Source of the DNA: Eubacteriales bacterium
Lineage (GTDB): Bacteria > Bacillota > Clostridia > Oscillospirales > CAG-272
DNA length: 42,980 bases
Direction of reading: 5' to 3'
Assembly: GCA_045121315.1 (NCBI GenBank)
Contig: JBGVFW010000281.1
Location: 1-42,980, forward strand
Positions 8,920 through 15,266 of this stretch are shown here, piece by piece (the stretch's first letter is position 1; every line of letters starts with the position of its first letter). Below the pieces are notes generated by a model, which did no database searches, was not told the DNA's origin, and worked only from the letters and a program-made list of their open reading frames with translations. Both the position numbers and the translations under genes were made by a program.

Positions 8920-9234
8920 TGCGAAACAGTGTAGCATAAAAAAACTGTAGGTTGCATAGTAGGGAACCAACCATAATTGCCCGAATTGGCTTGTCGTACG
9001 GTCTTACGACTTAAAATAAAAACGAGGACAGTTTAAGCGTTATGGGGGACTGTCACCTGTGACGGGAAGTCTATTGGTGGGTTGGCTATAAGTGTGCCAA
9101 TGGCAGAAAACACTTAATTATTTGAGAATCAGAGCTGTTCAATCAAAATTTTTAAGCCTGATTTCAACGCAATAAAACCAATGAAAAGAAAAGCTGTGAA
9201 ACGGAAATAGATTTCGTTTCACAGCTTTTTGTTT
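8920..9234 (+). ncRNA. Candidate structured non-coding RNA (about 315 nt), family unknown
   Basis: Bounded by the consensus promoter and the terminator 9190..9234. Only tiny ORFs. Nested helices are visible (GTCGTA/TACGAC, GACAGT/ACTGTC, CCCG/CGGG, AACCAACC/GGTTGG). Confidence 0.35.
9190..9234. terminator. Bidirectional rho-independent terminator
   Basis: AAAGCTGTGAAACG / CGTTTCACAGCTTT stem with T-runs on both strands. Homologous to 7530..7572. Confidence 0.65.
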
Positions 9235-9237
9235 CAA

Positions 9238-9254
9238 GTGGACAATTTGTCCAC
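9238..9254. repeat. Palindrome copy 4, GTGGACAATTTGTCCAC (17/17)
   Basis: Sits a few nt after the terminator, the same arrangement as copy 3. Confidence 0.95.
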
Positions 9255-9363
9255 TTCATCAAGGAGTTGCATTTGTGCAGCTCCTTTTATTATAATCGGG
9301 AACTGGCTTTTGGACAATTCAGAAATAAAACTGTACATTGTTTTTTCTTTTTCTGTCATAAGT

Positions 9364-9804
9364 TTACGCCCCTACACAATACTCAATTGCCGATGTCTTT
9401 ATATTTTCAAAAGCTGTTTGATTTTCAGGCTTGATAAACAATCCGTCAAAGGTTTCGCCGTTTTCGTAGTAATAATTACAGAGCGCTTCGGTGAGGGCAA
9501 GCTCGTCGGTATGTTCAAAATCGGCAAGCATATCGTTGATGGTCTGAGTAAAGGTTGTACAGAGCGTATTACCCTTTTTGAAATAATCAATATCATCAAA
9601 GCTTTCAACTATCCGATAATTAATATTATCATATTCTCCCTTAACTCTCGCATAAACATCAATTTCCTTTTCGTTGACATAGCCAACAAACATTTGCAGA
9701 AACTCAAGCGCAGAACCGCAGCATAGAATATAATTATCTCCGTTAATAATATCTGATAACCAACCTCTGTTTGTAAGATAATCGCCGCTTGTCTTAGTTA
9801 TCAT
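9364..9804 (-). CDS. Hypothetical protein (146 aa)
   Basis: SD GAGGTGA upstream of the ATG on the minus strand. Composition is protein-like, unlike the overlapping + ORF 9229..9726. No confident family call. Confidence 0.6.
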   Translation of the reverse strand: MITKTSGDYLTNRGWLSDIINGDNYILCCGSALEFLQMFVGYVNEKEIDVYARVKGEYDNINYRIVESFDDIDYFKKGNTLCTTFTQTINDMLADFEHTDELALTEALCNYYYENGETFDGLFIKPENQTAFENIKTSAIEYCVGA

Positions 9805-9842
9805 TGTGTAATCACCTCAATTCAATACTACGTTACCGCAAA

Positions 9843-9859
9843 GTGGACAAATTGTCCAC
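9843..9859. repeat. Palindrome copy 5, GTGGACAAATTGTCCAC (17/17)
   Basis: Lies between the stop of the zeta-like gene (9862) and the start of 9364..9804. Confidence 0.95.
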
Positions 9860-9861
9860 TT

Positions 9862-10848
9862 TTATTTTTTGGGTACATTAGGATTTTGATATAATATTTT
9901 CTCGGCTTTTGATGACTGTGTAGGTGGAATCCTGATAACGCTGATTTCGTTTTTTTCAGTATTCCCCTCAACAGATATTCCTGCTCGGCGAAGCTGATCG
10001 GCTTGCTCGCGGCTTACCTTTATGTAACGATACCGATTACTTTCGGCAAAAGTGATAACTTCCTTTGCGTGTTGCCGATAAGAGGTGAGATCCTCGGCGT
10101 TCCGTGCCGCTTTTAAATCGCTCACGGCAGTGACAATTTCTTTTAACTGCTCTGTTTCGTCAATCGTCCACCAACCGTTGAGAGTTCTGCTCTCAACCTC
10201 GGATGCTGATGAACAGCCAACAGCAGGGTATAAACAATCGCCGTTGCGGTTAAATAGCTTTATCGAATCAAACGCTCCTGCTTTTTCAATGGCGTCTAAA
10301 TTATCGGCAATAGCGTCCGCTACCATGTCGTGATGTGCTTTGGCGGTTGCACGGGGGATTTCACCTTGAGCAATAGCATTTTCATATCTCAAAATCGTAC
10401 TTTCATATGAAATTTGGCTTTTTACAGCCATAATATGAAGCTCAACCCGATAACCTTTTTCTTTTAGCATTTTACAGGAGCTTATTGGAACATTCGCAGT
10501 TCGTAAAGTCCCTTCGATAATTAGATTGTATTTCTCGGCACTTAATTCATCAATAAGCCGTTCTGTAACGCGGTTAATAAAAGGTTGGGTATATTTTGGA
10601 GATTCATTGCCGTACATATATTGAATTTCATCAAAGTACGGATGAAATTCGCGAAATGAGTCGGCGTTTATTATGATAATATTTTTATTATTATTTCTTA
10701 TTTGTTTTTGAAGCACTGTTTTTCCTGCGCCGGGTTGACCGCCCAGGATAAAAGCAGTTGGGTTGACTGTTTTTGAGTGCATTTTTGTAACCCAATGTTT
10801 GATTGCTGAATATTGTTCAAAAAACTGCGCATTAGAATATTCAAACAT
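9862..10848 (-). CDS. Zeta-toxin-family P-loop kinase with C-terminal extension
   Basis: Walker A ILGGQPGAGKTV near the N-terminus and overall zeta/PezT-like layout. An extra roughly 55-aa tail (YRYIKVSREQADQLRRAGISV...). Confidence 0.8.
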   Translation of the reverse strand: MFEYSNAQFFEQYSAIKHWVTKMHSKTVNPTAFILGGQPGAGKTVLQKQIRNNNKNIIIINADSFREFHPYFDEIQYMYGNESPKYTQPFINRVTERLIDELSAEKYNLIIEGTLRTANVPISSCKMLKEKGYRVELHIMAVKSQISYESTILRYENAIAQGEIPRATAKAHHDMVADAIADNLDAIEKAGAFDSIKLFNRNGDCLYPAVGCSSASEVESRTLNGWWTIDETEQLKEIVTAVSDLKAARNAEDLTSYRQHAKEVITFAESNRYRYIKVSREQADQLRRAGISVEGNTEKNEISVIRIPPTQSSKAEKILYQNPNVPKK

Positions 10849-11108
10849 TATGCACCTACTGCAAAAGGAGAATTAACATTCTCAATTATCCTTTTGTATT
10901 CATTTATATTTCTTTCGAGTCGATTAAAAGTCACTTCATCAGAACAATCAACGATTTGCGGAGGATATTCGGCTAATTTTTCAGCCAAAACTCTTATGCA
11001 GTCTAATGGCTCTTTTGTGCTATTCAAGTAGTTAGTGTACTTAGCAAGAATGCCAAACGTCTTTTCGTATAAAACCTCAGTTTTTGCGGTCAATAAATAA
11101 CTACTCAT
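10848..11108 (-). CDS. Putative cognate antitoxin (position-based)
   Basis: Start set at ATG 11108 (SD GGAG 8 nt upstream). ATGA overlap with the zeta-like gene. Small helical protein. No sequence-family recognition. Confidence 0.45.
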   Translation of the reverse strand: MSSYLLTAKTEVLYEKTFGILAKYTNYLNSTKEPLDCIRVLAEKLAEYPPQIVDCSDEVTFNRLERNINEYKRIIENVNSPFAVGA

Positions 11109-11162
11109 AAAATACACTCCTTTTCCATTTCTAGTCAATATTATTATATGCTATATGTTCAG

Positions 11163-11179
11163 GTGGACAAATTGTCCAC
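11163..11179. repeat. Palindrome copy 6, GTGGACAAATTGTCCAC (17/17)
   Basis: Sits 2 nt downstream of the XRE gene stop and upstream of the antitoxin/zeta pair. Confidence 0.95.
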
Positions 11180-11181
11180 TT

Positions 11182-11397
11182 TTATTTTTCCTCGTCGTCA
11201 GGGACGTATTCAAGAATATCCCCGGGCTGACAGTTTAGGAAAGAACAAAGTTTTGCTATAGAACGTGTATCAATGTGTCCGCCCTCTAAGATTTTTCTAT
11301 AGGTTGCTTGACCAATAACGTTGTTAATGCGCATTGTATATGCTGTAATCTGTTTTTCTTCAAATATCTTTAGCATTTTATCATATTTAATCGGCAT
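11182..11397 (-). CDS. XRE/Cro-like helix-turn-helix transcriptional regulator
   Basis: Start at ATG 11397 (SD AGGTGG). 71 aa. HTH-like ITAYTMRINNVIGQATYRKILEG...SIAKLCSFLNCQPGDILEY. Confidence 0.75.
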   Translation of the reverse strand: MPIKYDKMLKIFEEKQITAYTMRINNVIGQATYRKILEGGHIDTRSIAKLCSFLNCQPGDILEYVPDDEEK

Positions 11398-11418
11398 TTG
11401 TTTCACCACCTTTACAAA

Positions 11419-11447
11419 ATTATAGCATAACACTCACACTAATTCAA
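11419..11447 (-). promoter_or_regulatory. Promoter of the XRE gene
   Basis: On the minus strand: TTGAAT, 17 nt, TGC-TATAAT (extended -10). Confidence 0.5.
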
Positions 11448-11531
11448 GTGATAATATATATTTTGCGGAAATCACCAGTAATAGTGTCATTTTGTACAGA
11501 AATTCACACTATAATTTGTGCGAAAAGCGAA

Positions 11532-11560
11532 TTGAAGCGCACTAGTATTAGTGCTATAAT
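11532..11560 (+). promoter_or_regulatory. Divergent promoter with internal operator-like inverted repeat
   Basis: TTGAAG, 17 nt, TGC-TATAAT. The spacer contains GCACTA-gtat-TAGTGC. Confidence 0.5.
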
Positions 11561-11702
11561 ATATACAGAAAGTTAAGGAGGTAAGCGAAATACTTAAAAG
11601 ATTATTTCACTGGCTCAGACCGCACAAGGGTTGCAAAAGATGTTGCTTGTGCTGTCGGTATTATCAATACTGTATAGATGATTTTGGAAGAGAATAAACA
11701 AT

Positions 11703-11736
11703 CGGCTGCGCTATCGGCACGACGGGCAGAAAGGAA
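11703..11736 (+). repeat. Conserved 34-nt leader, copy 1 (CGGCTGCGCTATCGGCACGACGGGCAGAAAGGAA)
   Basis: 32/34 identical to 12418..12451. Ends in the SD of the following ORF. Confidence 0.85.
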
Positions 11737-12075
11737 ATGAATATGGCTGAAAACTGGATAACGTATGATGATAAGAACAACGTCCCTCAGAAAAGCTACG
11801 ACGATCTGTTACATTGCGGCTCCACGCGGGAGCTGACTGACGATGAAGCGGTCGCCCTTGTCTGCGAGGAATTTGGCTTTGATAAAGAAAAAGTCACTGT
11901 CGTTCGGACGGTCGGGAAATACGAAATCGACACAAACAGCCGCCGTTTACGCTTGGTGGGAGAAACAGAGCGCAAACCGCTCTATAACGCGACGGATTTT
12001 AATTACGTTCGGTTTGACTGCGCAGGTTGGTTCTACGAAATGTACGACGGTGAGCTGCGCAAGTATTATTGTTAA
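11737..12075 (+). CDS. Hypothetical protein (start may be ATG 11743)
   Basis: 112-aa ORF behind the conserved leader/SD. No family recognised. Confidence 0.55.
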   Translation: MNMAENWITYDDKNNVPQKSYDDLLHCGSTRELTDDEAVALVCEEFGFDKEKVTVVRTVGKYEIDTNSRRLRLVGETERKPLYNATDFNYVRFDCAGWFYEMYDGELRKYYC

Positions 12076-12097
12076 TCTTTCTTCTGCGGGTATGAAA

Positions 12098-12114
12098 GTG
12101 GACAAATTGTCCAC
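12098..12114. repeat. Palindrome copy 7, GTGGACAAATTGTCCAC (17/17)
   Basis: Intergenic between 11737..12075 and 12151..12411. Confidence 0.95.
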
Positions 12115-12150
12115 TTCTGCCCTCGGCAGGATTCGAAAGGAGCATTTCAC

Positions 12151-12411
12151 ATGATAGAAAGACGTTATTTTCAACCAAAGGCAGGACGGAAATATCTCAA
12201 CCGCAACGGCTCTACCTATTTCTGCTTGGCGAAGGGAAAAAAGGACTGTTCGGCTATGTTTATCAACGTGACAAGCGGCTTTACCCTATTGGCTTACGGT
12301 TGTCACAAGAACGACGACGGTACAATGGAATGGGACTATTCTACAGAGCACGGCTATCATGACATCAAATCATTCCTTGAAGGCTACGGATTCGACGGTG
12401 ATATGATATAA
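12151..12411 (+). CDS. Hypothetical protein (86 aa)
   Basis: SD AAGGAG 7 nt upstream of the ATG. Confidence 0.55.
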   Translation: MIERRYFQPKAGRKYLNRNGSTYFCLAKGKKDCSAMFINVTSGFTLLAYGCHKNDDGTMEWDYSTEHGYHDIKSFLEGYGFDGDMI

Positions 12412-12417
12412 CAAATA

Positions 12418-12451
12418 CCGCTGCGCTATCGGCGTGACGGGCAGAAAGGAA
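12418..12451 (+). repeat. Conserved 34-nt leader, copy 2 (CCGCTGCGCTATCGGCGTGACGGGCAGAAAGGAA)
   Basis: 32/34 identical to 11703..11736. Precedes ORF 12459..13046. Confidence 0.85.
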
Positions 12452-12458
12452 CAATAAA

Positions 12459-13046
12459 ATGACACAAGGAGAAATCTTATACTTTGCTTACCTTTACGCA
12501 AAGTCAAAATTGAAGTCTGAGTATGAAATGCAGAGAGAATACTGCACCAAACGCTTTGCGGAGCTGTCGGAACAGCTTGAACAGCTTGGCATGAAGTCAG
12601 CGCAGACAGAGCCGTTGCCCTGTAAGGTTGGCGATACGCTTTATCTCACTTCCTATGAAGCAGCTGACAAAAGGAAGGTTATCGAAAAGGTAACGGTAAC
12701 TGCTATGCAGCACTACGAGGATAATCATTACACACAAGCCGAAGTCAAATACGAGAATGGGTTTACAGGATTCGTTGACGAAGTGGATTTCTACACAACG
12801 CGCAGGGCGCATTTTACCTTGGAAGAAGCAACAGAAGCAGTCGAGCGGTTTAACCTCAAGGAAAAGGCTGTTGCCGTGATTTGGGATTACATCTATCTCA
12901 ACTTCGAAAACGGAATCGATTCATTGTCAGATTATGATTGGCTGAACGATTACGCATTGAGCGCAACAGCTCCTGACGGCAAAAGAATCGTTATCAGCTA
13001 TGACTGTGATACCAATACGGTTAAAGTGGACAATTTGTCCACTTGA
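12459..13046 (+). CDS. Hypothetical protein (195 aa)
   Basis: ORF behind leader copy 2. Its last six codons plus the stop are the palindrome (VDNLST-TGA). Confidence 0.55.
   Translation: MTQGEILYFAYLYAKSKLKSEYEMQREYCTKRFAELSEQLEQLGMKSAQTEPLPCKVGDTLYLTSYEAADKRKVIEKVTVTAMQHYEDNHYTQAEVKYENGFTGFVDEVDFYTTRRAHFTLEEATEAVERFNLKEKAVAVIWDYIYLNFENGIDSLSDYDWLNDYALSATAPDGKRIVISYDCDTNTVKVDNLST
13026..13042. repeat. Palindrome copy 8, GTGGACAATTTGTCCAC (17/17)
   Basis: Forms the 3' end of ORF 12459..13046. Confidence 0.95.
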
Positions 13047-13064
13047 CCGCAAAAGGAGAACGCT

Positions 13065-13265
13065 ATGGCACAGGTTATTATGAGTATGGAAGAATACAGG
13101 CAAACCGAAAACAGGCTCACGGCGATCGGAGAGCTGAAAGAAAAGGTCAGAAGCTCGGGCGTGTTCGAGGACAGCGCAAGCTGTTGGAACACCGAGAATG
13201 ACATTATCAGACCGTTTACCTTGGAAGAAACAAAGGCTCTGGTAAAGCAGATTTTGGAGCTGTAA
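13065..13265 (+). CDS. Hypothetical small protein (66 aa)
   Basis: SD AAGGAG upstream of the ATG. Helical/charged composition. Confidence 0.5.
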   Translation: MAQVIMSMEEYRQTENRLTAIGELKEKVRSSGVFEDSASCWNTENDIIRPFTLEETKALVKQILEL

Positions 13266-13325
13266 ATCATTTTTTGTTCTTCTGTGGGGGATTTTCAAAG
13301 AAAAAAATAAAGATTGTCAAAACCA

Positions 13326-13354
13326 TTGACAACCTTTTACAAATAATATATAAT
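13326..13354 (+). promoter_or_regulatory. Consensus sigma-70/SigA-type promoter
   Basis: TTGACA (13326-13331), 17 nt, TATAAT (13349-13354). The -35 lies in the inverted repeat TTGTCAA-aacca-TTGACAA. No ORF follows. Confidence 0.6.
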
Positions 13355-13360
13355 AATCTT

Positions 13361-13495
13361 GATGGATTTAAAAGTCTAAGTCCAAAGCAATCAGACCGAC
13401 TCGCAATCAGTCTGATTGCCCGTCAACAAAGCATTGGCACTGCTGAGTGACGTTAAGACTTAATCAGGTATATTATACCCGATTTCAGTTTTTTT
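13361..13495 (+). ncRNA. Candidate small RNA (about 135 nt)
   Basis: Consensus promoter. Outer helix AAGTCT..GTC / GAC..AGACTT. Perfect 10-bp hairpin GCAATCAGAC / GTCTGATTGC. Terminator-like hairpin 13462-13484 followed by T7. Confidence 0.35.
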
Positions 13496-13803
13496 GTCAA
13501 CACACCTGTGTCTGTTTTGCTTGGCGGCTTGCGGACACGGGTTTTCTTTTCATCAGTTACAATTGAATAGTATAGGACAGATGAAAATACAAAAGTCAGA
13601 CCCCGGATACGGTAAAAAGCTTTTGCCGTAAATCTAAGAGTGCGGTACTCCGATTAAATGCGCCACAACCTTTAGCGCGTCAGCAGCTAAAGCGAGCGAG
13701 CCAACACTTCTTCCACAAGTGTTGCTACCTGACCTGTAAGAGCTGCGGTGACGCGGTTCTGCCGAATACGAAGTAAACGCAGGAGAATGCAGTAGTGCGA
13801 TTC

Positions 13804-13820
13804 ACGGAGAAATTGTCCAC
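13804..13820. repeat. Palindrome copy 9, degenerate ACGGAGAAATTGTCCAC (14/17)
   Basis: Right arm intact, left arm decayed. About 125 nt from the tRNA fragment. Confidence 0.6.
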
Positions 13821-13946
13821 TCCTCTTGCTTCAGGAAAAGATATACTCTGTATCACCTATACCCAACTATACACTTACCCATATAATAATTTAAGCCAAG
13901 CGATTTAAGCAACTGACACGCCGCCTAAATCGCTTCACTTAAAACT

Positions 13947-13991
13947 TGGTTGCGGGAGCCGGATTTGAACCAACGACCTTCGGGTTATGAG
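13947..13991 (-). other. 3'-terminal 45 nt of a tRNA-Met(CAT)-like gene; putative att core (attP-like)
   Basis: The minus strand reads CTCATAA-CCCGA-AGGTC-GTTGG-TTCAAAT-CCGGC-TCCCGCA-A-CCA (anticodon loop to CCA). No matching 5' anticodon-stem strand or D-arm follows. The integrase gene is adjacent. Confidence 0.7.
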
Positions 13992-14069
13992 ACTGAGAGT
14001 TATTTGTTGAATTTTTTTGCAAAAAATATTACAATAAGGTTTCGATATTTTTTGCAAAGAGGTACCCAT

Positions 14070-15098
14070 ATGAACAAGAGAATAAAATTCAATGCACTTT
14101 CAGAGCTTTGGTTGCAACAAGCGACGTTGGGTGTCACCTATACATACAAAAGCAATTTAGAAAGCTATGTTAAGCACCTTAATAACGCTTTTGGTAATCA
14201 GCTTGTGGTAAATATTAAACCTTATGATATTGATGTACTGATTCAACAGCTGTATATTTGCAATCCCAATACCAACAAACCTTCTTCAAAAAAACTGCTT
14301 GGCAATATTATCAACTGTGCTGTTAGAATTTTCGATTTCGCAATCGAAAATGAGGTTATGTATAAAAATCCTGCCAAAAATAAAAAACAATCAATACCGA
14401 AGAACGCACCGAAAAAGACAGTTAACGCTATCAATTCAGAGCAACAGCAATTAGTTATAGAAACTGATCACCGCGCAAAAATCGCCGCCGTAATTATGAT
14501 GTTCATGGGTTTGAGAACAGGCGAAATCCTCGCTTTGGAATGGAACGACATAGATTTGGAAAACTACATTGTCTCGGTAAACAAGCGATTGCAGCGGATA
14601 AGCGGTAACAAATATATCGTTTCCGACGGCACAAAGAACGGGGAAACCCGACGCGTTACCATACCCAAAAACTTAGGGGCGTGGCTGAGCAAGCAAAAAT
14701 CCATTGCAACCTCTTATCTTGTGGCTCCCAACCGCTCAGGGACAATTCAGACACCTACTCAATGGAAAACCTTATGGACAAGCTACCAGAATGAAATCAA
14801 CTACAACTGCTACGTAAAAAAATGCGCGGAAAACGGAACCGTACCCGAAAGCAAATACGCGCCTACCAAAACACCGCAGGTTATCGCGGCGTTTACCCCA
14901 CACCAATTACGGCACACATACGCTACCCTATTATATATATCCGGCGTTGACGTGAAAACAGCATCTCAACTGCTGGGACATAGCAACATTACGATTACCT
15001 TAGATATCTACACACATCTCGATAAACAATTTCAGAAACTGAACATTCAAAAATTCGATAATTACATCAAGTCAGACCTTGACATTGAGAAAATATAA
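14070..15098 (+). CDS. int: Tyrosine site-specific recombinase (integrase)
   Basis: Start at ATG 14070 (SD AAAGAGG; the track start 13950 reads through the tRNA fragment). Motifs GLRTGEILAL, HQLRHTYATLL, LGHSNITITLDIYTH. Confidence 0.9.
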   Translation: MNKRIKFNALSELWLQQATLGVTYTYKSNLESYVKHLNNAFGNQLVVNIKPYDIDVLIQQLYICNPNTNKPSSKKLLGNIINCAVRIFDFAIENEVMYKNPAKNKKQSIPKNAPKKTVNAINSEQQQLVIETDHRAKIAAVIMMFMGLRTGEILALEWNDIDLENYIVSVNKRLQRISGNKYIVSDGTKNGETRRVTIPKNLGAWLSKQKSIATSYLVAPNRSGTIQTPTQWKTLWTSYQNEINYNCYVKKCAENGTVPESKYAPTKTPQVIAAFTPHQLRHTYATLLYISGVDVKTASQLLGHSNITITLDIYTHLDKQFQKLNIQKFDNYIKSDLDIEKI

Positions 15099-15225
15099 TA
15101 TACTGGAAATGATTGTACGATTGCTAAAATGTAATCGGCTTTTTTATTTTGCGCTAATTTCTCACAAACTTGTGTTGTTTTTCTATTGGACATCAAACGG
15201 AAAGACTGCACATTCAAATAAACAA

Positions 15226-15242
15226 GTGGACAAATTGTCCAC
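15226..15242. repeat. Palindrome copy 10, GTGGACAAATTGTCCAC (17/17)
   Basis: Lies 24 nt upstream of the parA ATG, within its promoter/leader region. Confidence 0.95.
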
Positions 15243-15266
15243 TCAGTAAAGAAAGGATAAGATTAA

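Noticed and set aside
8920-9190. Retron msr/msd, group II intron fragment or type III antitoxin repeats as the identity of the ORF-less transcript.
   Set aside because: There is no reverse transcriptase nearby, no tandem repeats and no intron domain V/VI signature that I can recognise. It is left as an unassigned candidate ncRNA.
9229-9726. Plus-strand 165-aa ORF.
   Set aside because: It starts inside the palindrome, has Cys/Ile/Phe-rich unprotein-like sequence, and overlaps the better-supported minus-strand ORF 9364..9804, which has an SD.
13947-14025. A complete tRNA gene on the minus strand.
   Set aside because: Only the anticodon loop to CCA is tRNA-like. The 5 nt before the loop (TCAGT) do not pair with CCCGA, and no D-arm or acceptor 5' strand is present.
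13950-14069. N-terminal extension of the integrase ORF (track start 13950).
   Set aside because: It reads through the tRNA 3' fragment from a non-ATG start. ATG 14070 has an SD, and MNKRIKF... is a normal integrase N-terminus.
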